Assembly (NCBI RefSeq): GCF_036971445.1 | Contig: NC_091481.1 | Coordinates: 83,390,001 to 83,454,000, forward strand | Origin: Narcine bancroftii | Lineage: Eukaryota | Length of the DNA stretch: 64,000 bases | Direction: 5' to 3' | Notes under the pieces: model-generated | What the model saw: the letters and a program-made list of their open reading frames with translations, nothing else | Told to the model about the DNA's origin: nothing | The model's database searches: none | Position numbers and translations under genes: made by a program | Shown here: piece after piece, positions 51,101-64,000 of the stretch | How the letters are laid out: the number at the start of each line of letters is the position of its first letter | How positions within the stretch are numbered: position 1 is the first letter of the stretch

Positions 51101-52339
51101 GTATCCTGGTGGCAGTGAACCTCTAAGCATGATACCCTTCATTATTAGAAAGAATAATTTAACCAAATAGCTTTGCAAATCGGTCTGCAGCAAGTTTTCT
51201 AAATGCAGTTGGCAATATGGTATGTAGCCTTTTTGTCCTGAAGCAGTCTACAACTAAAGTTTAAAAAAAACAATACTAGAGAAACTCTGCAGGTCACATG
51301 GTGTACTTTTATATAGTAAAGATAAAGATACATAACTAAAGTTTTGGGCTTGAGTCCTTCAAGATATAAGCAAAATGTAGGCAGGTGGCGGGGTAGGAGC
51401 ACAGGCAGGAGGTAATAGGTGGATAAGGAAGGGAGGGCACACCAGCAAGCGGGGGAGAGAGGGATGGATGGATGGCTCTGAATGGAGAGTGAAGGGGGTG
51501 GAGAGCTTAAGAGATGAGGGATAGGGAAGAGTGGTCGAACAGAAACTAGAGAAGTCTATGTTAATGCCAACCAGTTGGAGAGGGTCCAGATGTCGGTCCT
51601 TCAATTTACAGATGGCCTTGGGTTGGCAGTGCAGGAGGCACAGGAGTGGGGTGCAGAATTGAAATGGCTGTCGGCTGGGAGATCCATGTCGTTGATGCAG
51701 ACAGAGCGAAGGTGCTCCAAGAAGCGATCTCCCAGTCTACAACTTTTCCGTGATTAGCCTCAGATGATCAGAGAAGGGGGAGTTTGCCCTCATGGTCTGG
51801 TCAATATTTATTCTCACTCAGCATCATTCACAAAACCAACTATCTCGTCATTTCCACATCATGTCATGGGAACTCAAGTCTGCCCCACCATTTAATCATG
51901 AGCTGATCCATTTCCCCCACTCAGTCCCACTGCCCGGCCTTCTCCCCATAACCTTTGATGCCCTGGCTAATCAAGAGTCTAGAAATCTCGGTCTTAACTA
52001 CACCCAATGGCCATGCCTCCACAACCAGCTGTGGCAACTAATTCCTCAGATTTACTACCCTATGGCTGAAGAAATTCCTACGCATCCCCTCTATTTTCTA
52101 AGTGGACACCCTTCAATCCTGAAGTTGTGCCCTCTTATTCTTGACTCTTCCACCATGGAAAACTTTTCTAATTCACTTTGTCCATGCCTTTCGCAATGTT
52201 TCAATGAGGTTCCCCCTCGTTCTCATATATTCCAATGAATACAGGCCAAGAGCTGTCAAACTATACCTCTCTTGGCAATTGCAATCCATACTACTTTTGA
52301 CCTGCCTGTACTCAGACCAGCCACAGTGTTCACAGGACT

Positions 52340-53097
52340 TTGATGACTGTTTCTATTTAAATGGAGACAAGCTAGGGAGTGGGGAGGAGCAAATGGATCT
52401 GGGTGTACTTGTTCTCCGGTCACTGAAGGCTAGCATGCAGGTTCAGAAAGCTGTGAGGAAGGCAAATGGCATGTTGGCTTTCATAAAGAGGGGATTGGAG
52501 TATAGGAACAGAGACGCCCTTCTGCAGTTGTACAGGGCCCTGGTGAGACTCCACCTGGAGTATTGCGTCCAGTTCTGGTCTCAAAACTTGAGGAAGGACA
52601 TACTAGCTATAGAGGGTGTGCAGCACAGATTGACAAGGTTAGTTCCAGGGATGGCAGGGTTGTCATATGCACCAAGGCTAGAAAAACTGGACTTGTATCC
52701 ATTGGAGTTTAGAAGGATGAGGGGGGACATGATTGAGGTCTACAAAATTATCAAGGGGATAGACAAGGTGAAGTCGGATTACTTGTTCCCAATGATGGGG
52801 GAGACGAGGACTAGAGGGCATAGTTTAAGAATACAGGGTAGGCCCTTTAGGACGGAGATGAGAAAGCATTTTTTGACCCAGAGAAGTGTGAATCTGTGGA
52901 ATGCTCTGCCACAGAGGGTGGTAGAGGCGGATTCGCTGACTATGTTCAAAAGAGAGTTCGATAAGACTCTTGTGGGTAACGGAGTTCAGGGTTATGGGGA
53001 TAAGGCTGGAAAGGGGTACTGATGGTAATGATCAGCCATGATCTAAAATGGTGGTGCTGGCCCGATGGGCCAAATGGCCTACTCCAGCTCCTATTGT
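52340..53097 (+). mobile_element. CR1 LINE 3' fragment
   Basis: DLGVLV...KANGMLAFIKRG...LYRALVRLHLEYCVQFWS...RRMRGDMIEVYKI...TRGHSL; CR1-type 3' UTR. Confidence 0.9.
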
Positions 53098-54914
53098 CAC
53101 CAGAGTCTCTTGCAGTGATCACGTGATGACATTTTACTATCATCGGAGTTGGGTTATGGTTAGGATAGTGCGTCATGTGGGTTCCGTTATTCTGTGTTGT
53201 GTGAGGGAACCAAATTTTAAGATTGAGCAAAACAAAAATTCAGAAATTAGTTTACCCAACAATGCTGGAAAAACTCAGCAAGTCATGTAGCGTTCTTTAC
53301 AGTAGCAAAGGTAATGGTATATAACCCGCGTTTTGGATATGAGCCCTTCCTAAAGGGATTAGCTAAAAGCTAATGGTGGGAGGGAGAGGCAGGGGAAAGA
53401 GCACTGCCACAGGCAAGAGGTCAAAAGAGGAATGGGAGGATAGGGGGATTTTAAAAAAAGCTGTGGTGAGGGGTAGGGGATAGCTCTCTGAATGGCGGGG
53501 GGGTGTAATCAGGAGGAGATTGGAGGGTTGGGGAGATCGAGGGAAGGAGGAGGGTTGATGAGGTCGGAGAGTGGAGGTGGCAGGTAGGGGGATTATAGGG
53601 GAGTTGGGGGGATTTTAGGGGAGTTGGGGGGAGATGAGAGGATCTGAAGGCTAAGACGGTGAGAAGAGATCTTGGTTATGCATCTTTGCCACATCAAGAA
53701 CTCTGAGTGACTTGCTGAGTTTCCTCAGCATTTTTGTGTAAACTGCAATTAGCATTTGCACAAAACGCAAAGGAAGAAATTAACACATTTACAGAGTCCC
53801 TCGCGACCTCAAAGTGAACATTTTCTGTACTTATCATTTTGCTGTAGTTGTCAGTGGCAGGTGATTTGTTCTCAGTAAGATCACTGTCCTATTTGCAATC
53901 AAGTCCAGAGAGCTGGTGAAACTAGTTGAGAGGTAAACATTGGTGAGGATTTGCTGATTTAAAAAAAATTGTTAACCAATCAGTATATCATGGAAGAGCC
54001 AATTCTAGCCATTGAAAGCTATGCCCAAATTAACCTACAAGCCCGTACATTTTTTGTTGGAGGGTGGGAGGAAACCTGAGCACCCAGGGAAAACTCAGGC
54101 AGGTCATGGGGAGACAGTGCCAGTGGAAAGACTGCACCTCCAGCCGTGCACCCTTCACTCGCTAATGACACCAAAGCAGCTCGGATCGTATGCTGCTTTG
54201 TTTGGAGTGGAAACTTGAGCCCACAGCCTTGTGTCTTTGGCTAGCACATTTTCCCTGAAGCCTCAACTGCTAGGTCTGCACAATTTTATTTAATGTGCAA
54301 GAATTAAGAGCCTATAGAGTAGGTTCCTCTGACGTAAAGCAGAGGGGAAATTTGTATTCAATTCCTCCTCAATTCCACCACGCACAACTTTCTGGCGAAG
54401 TGCAATTTTGTAGATTTCTGTTCCTGAAGTTGCCAGTTGCCAGGAAGGCCCCATTCCCTTGCTGACAGGTCTGTGCACAGTCTCATGGACTGCCAGGGTT
54501 AGACAATCTGCCAATTGGAGGAACACCTCCTCGTTACTGTAGTTTGGGGACCCTCCAAGCGGAGGGTTGGAGGGATGGCGTTAACATCAACTTCTCTTGT
54601 TTCCATTAACCCCCTCTTCTCCATTTTTAAATTTAAATTAGACAGGCTATTTCAGCCCATGAATCGTGCCACTCAATTTGCACCCCATTAACCTACATCC
54701 CCCAGTACATTTTCGAACATGGGAGGAAACCAGAGCCCCTGGAGAAAATTCGCACAGACATGGGAAGAACATACAAACTCCAGTCTAGTCCCGATTGCTG
54801 GCGCAGTAAAGGTGTGGTGCGAACTGCTACGCCAACCGTGCTGCCCCTAGTTGTCTCGTTCTGTCTCTCTCGCTCTTCTCTTTCCCTCTGTCTCCATTCA
54901 CAGAGCCAAAATCT

Positions 54915-55570
54915 TTCTTTTTCAATTTTTTGGGGGGTGGTTTATAATAAATACAGTACAATGAAGAAAGGGAACAAAACTGAAAATACAATATCATGTC
55001 GGTGTGTGTGTAAATATATATATATATCTCTCAAACAGTATAAACTTGGCTTCCCCCCCCTTCATTGCACTGGGTGAAGACAGAAAAGACATCAAAATTA
55101 TATACATAAAAAACTCACCCAACCTACTAACTTTAAAACATCTGAACAGCTTATCCTGAGGATTCATACCGTGAATCAAAAAAAGAAAGGTAAGACTATA
55201 TCTCACTTCATCCGAAACATTTACGTCAAATGAAATAGTTGCCATGTATCTTCAAATTTCACTGATGAATCAAATAGATCTAATTTTTTTCTGAACTTGT
55301 GAGAGAACCATTGAAACACTGTTGGAGGTCTAGGGTCTTTCCATTTGAATAGGATGGTTCCTCTAGCCAATAATGTAGAGAAGGTCACAACCCTTTGTAC
55401 AGGTACCGTAAAACTCCCTCTGTCTTGTTCAATGGCCCCAAAAAGAGCAGTTATTTGATTGGGTGGAAGCTCCACCTGAAATAGTTGAAAAGATATTAAA
55501 ATTTCTTTCCAATAGATTTCTAAGGACAAGACCAAAATATGTGTCAATGTAGCAATATCAGATTTGCATC
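54915..55570 (-). mobile_element. Degenerate L1 3' fragment
   Basis: Minus-strand ILFKWKDPRPPTVFQWF, similar to the L1 ORF2 C-terminus at 61480-61540. Confidence 0.65.
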
Positions 55571-55644
55571 TCGCCTTTTCTCTTAATATATCCAATAAAC
55601 ACCTTTTTGCTTTTGGTTTAGGCTCTTTCCCCTCCTGGTTTTTG

Positions 55645-55762
55645 CTTGTACCTTGTACCTTGTACCTTGTACCTTGTACCTTGTACCTTGTACCTTGTAC
55701 CTTGTACCATGTACCTTGTACCTTGTACCTTGTACCTTGTACCTTGTACCTTGTACCTTGTA
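55645..55762. repeat. (CTTGTAC)n heptamer repeat, ~17 copies
   Basis: Direct reading. Confidence 0.95.
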
Positions 55763-55863
55763 GAAGGGCTCAGGGCCAAAATGTCGGTAGCAAGGCTTTA
55801 CCTTCTATGGATTCCTCGAATCCGGCTGTGTTTCTCCAGCCTTTCCTTAACTGACAGGAACAG

Positions 55864-56004
55864 CTGCTGTCTTGTTGCTTCAACGCTACGTGCATGGCGC
55901 TGATGGATGCAGGGCTCCCAATGAAAAGTGTCTTCTGCGGAATTACATGCATGATCGACTCTGACAGAAACATCCTCCTGGATCCAACGAGCATGATGGA
56001 AAAG
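55864..56004 (+). CDS. EXOSC5: EXOSC5 exon 4
   Basis: [47 protein letters not shown]; 141 nt. Confidence 0.93.
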
Positions 56005-56077
56005 GTTGGTGATGCAAAGTCCCAGGACAGTAAGACCCCCCCCCCCCCCTCAGTTTCAAGAAATTAATGTCATTTTA

Positions 56078-56274
56078 CAGTAGAACCCCTGTTATCTGGA
56101 ATTCAACCGGAAAAAAAAATTGCAATAAATAAATGGATAAAACAATGCATAAGTTTCAAGATGGCGCGCCTCGCCATTCTCCATTCACACAACGTGCAGT
56201 CTCAATCAACTGGAAAGCCTACTTATCGAGCATCTACCAATCCCCGTAGGTGCCGGATATCAGGGGTTTTACTC
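56078..56274. mobile_element. pogo/Tigger-like MITE
   Basis: TA|CAGTAGAACCCCTGTTATC ... GATATCAGGGGTTTTACT. Confidence 0.55.
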
Positions 56275-56845
56275 TAGTTAGGAATTTGCATTCATTTCAC
56301 ATGCTCTGTGAACCCCAAAGTTTTTTTTAAAGAGACACAAGCCCATTCCAGTCCACGAGCCAACATCACCAAAATGCACCCATGTGACCAATTAACCTAC
56401 TACCCCTGTACGTCTGAAATGTGGGAGAAAATTGGACCACTCAGAAGAAAGACACATGGAGAACGAACAAATTCCTTACAGTGTTGGATTCGAACCTGTG
56501 TCACTGGTGCAGTAATAATGTTGCGCTATCCATTCTCTAGTCCATAAATTTTGTTGCAAACATGGCAGCCAATATTCTCACTGCCGTAGACCCAAAGCAA
56601 TGAATGGCCAAGCTGGCTGCTTTTTCAAGGAGTGGAATAATAGAGTTGGTCATTTTATTTTATCTCTCAATTTGTGCTGCAGGATCCTAAACAAAGTTCA
56701 CGCTGTTATGTTTAAATCTTGATTTCTCAGGTTACAGGTCAAGCTTGACCACGTTGACTTATAACCCAGTAAGTCCAACCACTGCTAATTTGAGGACTGG
56801 AAAACCATCCCACTACCCCCTCTAATTCTTCGTCATCTGTTTCAG

Positions 56846-56932
56846 GATGCGGCTGCCGTTTTGACATTCTCCATTGACGGTACTGAAAAGCTCCTCACCG
56901 TGTCCACCAAAGGGTCTTACTCCGTTGAGGAG
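56846..56932 (+). CDS. EXOSC5: EXOSC5 exon 5
   Basis: DAAAVLTFSIDGTEKLLTVSTKGSYSVEE; 87 nt; AG/GT boundaries. Confidence 0.9.
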
Positions 56933-58254
56933 GTGGGTTTCATAAAGCTTGTCGCCGACTCCATGGGCCAAATGGGCTGCTTCTGCTCCTATATCTTATG
57001 GTCTTGGCGTCTTTTTTTATCTCTTCCACCCTTTCCATAGCTCCTGATAGAAGGGTTATAGACCTGTGAGGGGTGGTTATTCTATTTCATCATCAACTCT
57101 AACTTCATGGATTTCCTTTGTTCATTTGACCACCAACAGCACTTTGTATGTGTTTGCTTCTCTGCATCTCTCCATGCGTCTTTCTCTCTCTGGCTGTCTC
57201 TCTGGCCCGCTTCTCCCCCCCCCCCCCCAGATGTCGGCATCTTCCCATGTTTCTCGCTTCGATCCTTGATCCTTGCAAATGCCAGCAGATTGTTTAATTT
57301 TGCGAATACCATGCTGTTTATTTCTCTGATGTTCATGAACACACTTTCAACAAGGCCATGCTGGGTAACTGTTAGCACGTGTCTGCCAAAGGCGGAGTGC
57401 TTCAAGCAGCTTTCCCTGGCATTGAGGTGACCAGAATAACATGGACTCTACCGGCCTTGCTTGTCACTGCCTTAGTTTTGCATTATAGAATTGTGACACA
57501 GGTTTATGAGAGCAAACCACGTACAGGGTGTCCATCCCTTCAGGGCAATCTGCAGGTGATTTGGTGGGTATAGAACAGATGGGCACCACTCAGTGCTGAT
57601 CATTGCATAGTCCTGGTTGAAGGTCAGGCAAGATTTGAGAAGCTTAGCAGAGACCCTTTACTGAATGCCAACATCAATTATCGATATATTCTGCACTCAC
57701 TAACTGGCTCATAATTACAAAATTCATTTGTATGATATGTGTGTGACATTAATTTGCACTTAAATGCTAATTATTCATGTTTGGAAAGGCTCTGATTTCT
57801 GGAGCCTCCCCCTAATGAATTGAATATAACCATATAACCATTTACGAAGCGGAAACAGGCCATGTTGGCCTTTCGAGTCCGCACCGGTTCACTGATTTTG
57901 TGCGCCCTCTTCAGGCATTGGTCCCGGTAGATCTTCATTCAATAACGATGGACGAATTCAATGCGGGTGGAATCAGTAAATTAACTATTTAAGTAAATGT
58001 AAAAAGGCAGCAAATTGAGTATCTTCCAGTCATCCAGTAGAGTTCTTCAGTCCATGTGGGAGCGTGGCTAAAGTTTGTAAAGTTAAAGGTGCCATATTAA
58101 TATCAGGTGGAGCTAAACATGAAATTCTGCAGATGCTTGCAGTAAATACATAAAAATTCAGTCGGTCTTGGAGCGCCAATAGGAGGTGAAGCTATATAAT
58201 TGAGTCTTTATTCTAATGCCTTCCTGTTCTTTGCTTATACCTTGAAGAAAGGTG

Positions 58255-58855
58255 AAGGCAGAATGACCACTTATTGGAAGTGCAAGAAAAATTGACTCAG
58301 TGTACACATGTAAACCAATAAATGTAAACCAACTGTGCAATACAGAGAGGAAAAAGATAAAGTACAAAAGTAAGAGCACTTAAATGAGTCTCTGATTGAA
58401 TTTGTCGTTGAGGAGTCTGGTGGTGGAGAGGCAGCAGCTGTTCCTGAACCTGGTGATGCGAGTCTTGTGGCACCGATACCTGTTTCCTGATGGTAGCAGC
58501 GAGAACAGAGCTTGTACTGAGGGGGGGGGGGGGTGTGGATCCTTGATGATTGCTGCTGCTCTCCGATTGCAGCATTCCCTGTAGATGATCTCGATGGTGG
58601 GGAGGGTTTTGCCTGTGTTGTCCTGGGCTGCGTCCACTACCTTTTGCAGGGCTTTATGCTCAGGGGCATTGGCGTCCCCGCACCAGACAGTGGTGCATCT
58701 GGTCAGCACACTTTCCACCACAAATCTGTAGAAATTTGCCGGGGGTTTCGATGTCGTACGAACCCTCCGCCAACTCCTGAAGAAGTAGAGGAGCTTTCTT
58801 CATGATGCCATTAATGTGTTGGGTCCAGGAAAGATCCTCCGAGATAATGTCTCCC
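58255..58855 (-). mobile_element. Rex1/Babar-like non-LTR 3' fragment
   Basis: ORF 58380-58721 VESVLTRCTTVWCG...ALQKVV...TRFRNS...RLLN; a related short copy at ~37425-37740. Confidence 0.7.
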
Positions 58856-58972
58856 GAGATTTTGATGTTTCATGTTGATAAATTTCCCTTCCTCGGTGGC
58901 CCCTTCTCCTGTGCTAATGTTCGGAAGAGAGGCATTCTTCATGGACTTGCTAATGCACTTTCCTTCTTCCAG

Positions 58973-59071
58973 CTCCAGCAGTGTGTTGCGATAAGCCAGA
59001 AGGCTGCAGAGAATATCTTTCGATTCTACAGGGACTTGGTAAGCAGAAGATACTCAAAACTAAGTGAGTAA
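58973..59071 (+). CDS. EXOSC5: EXOSC5 exon 6 (last)
   Basis: LQQCVAISQKAAENIFRFYRDLVSRRYSKLSE*; candidate AATAAA at 59341. Confidence 0.92.
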   Translation, partial: LQQCVAISQKAAENIFRFYRDLVSRRYSKLSE

Positions 59072-59749
59072 TGGAGAGTGAGGGCCAGACCTTCCAGACT
59101 GAGTCCCGTCACACTGGAAGTGAGGTTACCACAGGCGTGCCCCTGGTGGAAAGAAAAGTGGTTGTGCTTTACTTGGGTGGCGGTGCTGAGCCCCTGTGGT
59201 TGACAGGGAAACCGTGGATACCTGCAGTCAGCGCCTGAGAGACGACGAGCCAGTTTCCAACTTTCCCAGCATGGTGACCTTCTGCTTCTTCAGGCACCAG
59301 CTGAATATGTCTCAGGGTTGGAAAGAAGGAACACTTTTTAAATAAAATTCTGCTGATGAATCTTTTTTGTGTGTTGCTTCCATGATTGATTGAACATTCG
59401 AACCGTGATATCACTTTGGTTACAGCCACAATAGGTAAGTATACAAATTTAAAGGAGCCCTGATCCCCTTTATCCACCTGTCACCAGTGAGGTTATTTAC
59501 CAGAGCATGAGAGCAGGAGCTAGGATTATATTGCTTCATCCCTCATTCTCTTCTGCTACCTGTGTCTCATCGATAACTTTCAAGCCAGGTAAACCTATTC
59601 TTTCCTTCCCTGGCAATACTAATGCTAGTCTGTAGCCATTCCAACTTCCACTGCTGTAACTTCTTCCTAGATTTCTGCTGTGGAAAGACTCCCTTATGTC
59701 AGAGTGTTGGTCAGCTTTATTTAGAACAGACAACAGTTCTCTGCTGGGA

Positions 59750-61759
59750 CATTGGGCAACAATTTTTTTTTTCCAAATGTTTTGCTTCCTGAAAAAAAAA
59801 ATTGGGGATAATGATCGACAACTTCAAGCTGAACTCAAAGATTTGCTGTATCTCAAGGAAATTGGAGAAACATTAACTTTTATTGAATTTAGCAGGTTTA
59901 ATCGCATAATGACGCTGACCTAAAAATACTTTGCCACTGATTTTCGTTTGTACTCAGCATCTGATGCCTCTCATGTCAGTGTCCAGCATTGATGGATTTC
60001 AGTCGCCCAGATACAGCTTTTCGATGGTCGCAATGTCCTGGTGAAACTTTTCGCCATGTTCGTCACTGACTGCACCAAGTGTGAACGCAGAAAATGTATT
60101 TTCTTTTTCAATCTTTTTATTATTATTATAATTTATAAACACATACAGTTCAAAGAGATATAAAAAAAATACATAGTAAGTAATGAATTAATACAGAGAT
60201 ATTAAACAATAATATTACAGAATAAAAATATATCATAAAAAAAAAATTTTGATCAGTTTAGGGTGTGAACTATCTCTAAAAAAAAATATAATTAATAACA
60301 ATATATGAAAAAAGAGAAAAAAAACCCCCAAAAAAGAAGAAAAAACAAATCTGAATTAAAAAAAACTTTAAAAAAACCTAGATATAGCTAAACCACGCCG
60401 ATGACTCCGATCTCATCTTACAGCCCAATTATCATACATAATCATAGAAAGAAAACAGAGCCAGATCAACTCACCACAAATGAAAATATTGAATAAATGG
60501 TCGCCAGGTTAACTCAAACTTAGAAGGGGATTCGTAGACAGAGTTTCTAATTTTCTCTAAATTTAAACATAGTATGTTTAATTTTTCAATTAGCTCTATT
60601 TCGGGAGCTGCTCTCCCTTTTACTCTTACTAAATTATATCAACAAATTGATAATCCAATGGCTAAACATACACTACGTATATGGTTTCAATTCCGGAGAT
60701 TTTTTGGCCTAAGTCATTTTATCTTGGAAACTCCTATTGTACTAAATTTCCTTTTTCATCCCTCTCTAATTGATCAAGCTTATTTACTCTGGAAAGTTAA
60801 AGGTATAACATGCTTTTCGGATTTATTCTTGGATAACTCTTTCATGTCGTTTGAACAATTATCCATGAAATATGATTTACCTCGATCTCATTTCTTTCGA
60901 TATTTGCAGATTAGGAGTTTCTTAGTTTCGACTTTACCCTCTTTTCCCAATCGGGAGACTACGACTGTTTTAGAGGATATACTATATTCAAAATTCCCTC
61001 CGAAAGGTGTGATATCTAAATTATATAATATAATTACAAAAATAAATTCTGGGACTTTTGAAAAGTTTAAAAATGATTGGGAAAGAGAACTCAACCTTCA
61101 TATTTCTAATGAAAATTGGAATAAAATTCTGCGACTGGTAAACTCTTCTTCTCTATGTGCAAAACATTCACTAATACAGTTTAAAGTTGTTCATAGAGCT
61201 CATATGTCTAAAGATAAACTCCATCGCTTTTATTCTCATATCGATCCTATATGTGATAAATGTCAATTGGAAATAGCTTCCCTTACACATATGTTTTGGT
61301 CCTGTCCCTCTTTACAGAATTATTGGAAGGAAATTTTTTCCATTATATCTACTGTTTTGAATATTGATTTACAACCACATCCCATTACTGCAATTTTTGG
61401 ATTACCTATGATAGATTTGACTTATTTATCTCTTCCTGCGGATCGTATGATTGCTTTTCTTACACTAATGGCTAGAAGATCTATACTATTAAATTGGAAA
61501 GAGGTAAATCCTCCCACTGTTTTCCAATGGTTTACCCAAACCAGAAAATGTATTTTCAATGACATGTTGCACTTCATCGTTTTGTAGGCTTGAAGCATGT
61601 AGTTTGTTGCTCTGTAGTTGCCATGACAGGAAATAAAAAGGTTATATCTAAAGAGTGGTACATGATAGGAAAGTTTGAGGAGATGTTCTTGATCAGCAGC
61701 CCAAAATCCAGAAAATACACCCAAAAGTGTTCAGGAAGAAAAATCTACGTTGTCCAGTG
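59750..61759 (-). mobile_element. Non-autonomous Chapaev-like (CMC) DNA transposon remnant, ~550 bp once the nested L1 is removed
   Basis: Imperfect TIRs CATTGGGCAAC and GTTGTCCAGTG with subterminal TTCCTGA; minus-strand peptide MLQAYKTMKCNMSLKIHFL-RSHLGAVSDEHGEKFHQDI spans the L1. Family assignment is from motif recall. Confidence 0.6.
60104..61541 (-). mobile_element. 5'-truncated L1 with an internal 5' inversion; 16-bp TSD CAGAAAATGTATTTTC (60088-60103 and 61542-61557)
   Basis: 60104-60575 is the minus-strand ORF2 end plus 3' UTR; ~60576-61541 is the directly preceding ORF2 segment on the plus strand. Confidence 0.88.
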
Positions 61760-64000
61760 TTATTGACTGATAGCCAGTGAGGTCCTTTGTGCTTGTAGAA
61801 TGTCCACTACACGTGGCCATTCCCCAACATGTAGATGGTGAGAACCACTGCGCCTCCGATGTATGTACAGATCCCAAGGGCAATGGAACAGACGGACATA
61901 CATAAAGCACGCTTGGAGGCAGATCTAGCTTCAAGATAATCCCCCTTGTCCGTGGCCTTGCTGATCTGGGTGGGCACCAGAGGAGAAAGTCACATGGAAA
62001 CATGGCAAAAGTTAATCGTACAAACAATATCTCAGGGTATTTCAAACTGATAATCCAACGTCTACTTTCTCCACAACAAAGATGTGGCTGCACTGGAGGG
62101 CGTGCAGAAGAGATTCACCAGGATGTTTCCTGGTGTGGACTGTTGAGGTCGGGACGAGAGATTGGATACACTGGTGGGTTTTTTTTTCTCTTGAGTGGGG
62201 GAACCAGATAGAGGTATACAAAATCTTGAAGGGATAGGCAGGGTGGAAATTGAATTTTTCCGCATAGCAGAGGAGTCTAAAACTAGCGGGTCAGGGGGAT
62301 TGGAAGGCATCTGGAGGGCACCTCCTGAGGTGCTGGTGGAGGCAGGCATGCACACCAGTTAAGTATCTAGATGAACACTTGAATTGTGAAGGGATATTTG
62401 GACCAAGTATTGGAATTAGTCATGGATTTGGGCCTGTTCTTGTGCTGTATAATTCCATGCCCAATAGTTACAGCTGTTATAACTTTCCAAGGCTCGGCTG
62501 TGTCAGCAGACCTTGGGAATACGGGGAGGTGGACAGGGTTAGATGGAAAACTTCCACACAGCTGAAATGCAGCTGCAAGGGAGAATAGGAAAGATTTCAG
62601 GCAGCAGAAGATGAAGTTCCCTGAGGATTCAGTGCCAGAAGACATTTCCGTGCCTTAACACCACTGATCCATCCACACTGCCTGCAGATTGTCTGTTACC
62701 CTCCAACTGTTTCAATAAAACCTTAATCGATGTTGCAGCATGAAGCACTTTTTTTTAAATTTAGCAGTCACAGGCCCATGACCCCATGCCATCCAATTGA
62801 TCTACAACCCTTGTACATTTTGAAGGGTGGGAGGAAACCGGATCACTCAGAGGAAGCCCACACAGACACGGGGAGAGCGTGCAAACTCCTTACAGGTCGT
62901 GCCAGATTTGAACGCCGGTACCAGGTGCTGTAACAGCGTTGTGCTAACCTGCACTGCCCTTACAGTGTGCCATTCACCCCTTGAGCTAGTTTGTCATTCA
63001 ATTAAAATCGTTTATCTGTACTTTTAACCTGCCTTTGCTCCATATTTCTCTAATGCTGTTAAACATTGATCTTTTGGGAGGGTGATGAAATATTCTACAT
63101 TTAATTGGATTAATGCATCGTAGGATAGCGTCCTGCTTGATTGGCAGCCCATCCACCACTTTAGACATTCACCACTATGTACAGGGTGTACCATCTACAA
63201 AACTGACCCGTTATGCCCCCAGGCTACTCCCACCCTGCCTCCTGAGCTCGCTACCTCTACCGTCAAGAGGACAAGGGATTGGTGCTCCCAAGCGGATGGG
63301 AACACCACTTCTCAAAAGTGTACACCACCTCAACTTGGAATTCTCTCACTTCATCAATGATCACTGGGTACAAATCCTGGAACTCCCCATTGACCCTGAG
63401 AGAACACTTCCTTGAGAAGTATGGCGGTGGTGCACGCTTACCATAAACTTCTTTGGGGGTAATTAGCAATGGGTTTTGAATGAGATCGATACCCTTTTTA
63501 CACCACATTCCCACTTAATTGATGTGTGAATGACCTGTCTTTAAAGCTAGCTCGGGCTGTTCACACAGAACCGGGTCAGCACCTTTTAGACGGGAGCCGA
63601 TGCGAAACACATTGGCTCTGATACTACCTACCTTGGCAGGTAATACATGGAATGAAAATGACCCCCCCCCCATCCCGCGTTTGTTGCATTTACACAGATA
63701 AGTGAAGTGGTTAAAAGGCAGTAAATCACTGTCTTAATGGTTGTGTAAAAGGGGTATGTTGAACGCCCAAAGATTCTATAGGAATGATGGCCAAATTTTA
63801 ATTAAATCTGATCTGAGTCGTGAATGCTTGTTCGAACAATATTCGTTCGTTCCATCTGGATTTATCCCTCCAGCAGAGGTGGTATTTCTGAATTGTTATA
63901 ACGATTTTAAGCACCTTGTTCCTTAACCTCCAAAACTCAAGTTCTGGTCACTTGGCCTTATGGTTATAATATTACATCTTCACAAACTCCCCGCTTCCGG

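Larger units (their letters stand above)
51101..55863 (+). other. EXOSC5: U12-type (minor spliceosome) GT-AG intron of EXOSC5
   Basis: 5' site GTATCCTG; branch site TTCCTTAAC at 55843-55851, 12 nt before the exon start; no polypyrimidine tract. Confidence 0.88.

Noticed and set aside
52141-53022. 293-aa ORF as a host gene
   Set aside because: It is a CR1 ORF2 C-terminal fragment fused to intronic sequence.
60574-61587. 337-aa ORF as an independent plus-strand gene
   Set aside because: It is the inverted segment of the L1 insertion reading through the TSD.

Overview
Vertebrate nuclear DNA, most likely a cartilaginous fish (elasmobranch-type V-SINE, CR1 and L1 repeat landscape; the taxon is inferred). 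4-27 kb: three tandem, intact, two-exon class A GPCR genes of the GPR139/GPR142-like type on a ~5.5 kb duplication unit. Each sits behind a conserved octamer (TGATTTGCAT) plus TATA-like element, and the copies are mosaics of one another in their predicted ligand-facing segments. The first unit carries a 5'-truncated L1 and a full-length but disabled L1 (15-bp TSD) with a nested RTE fragment. 30-46.7 kb: complete 9-exon BCKDHA on the minus strand (443 aa). 47.3-59.1 kb: EXOSC5 on the plus strand, head-to-head with BCKDHA; it has a U12-type intron, and exon 2 is not visible (probably lost in the 200-N gap). About 60% of the 665 bp between the two start codons is a 12 x 33-bp array of CCAAT (NF-Y) boxes, flanked in both first introns by long C/G-skewed tandem repeats. 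Also present: a 5S-derived SINE-like insert, a palindromic 25-bp minisatellite, pogo/Tigger-like MITEs, and a Chapaev-like DNA transposon remnant split by an L1 with a twin-priming-type 5' inversion. All family names come from motif recognition; no database searches were run.
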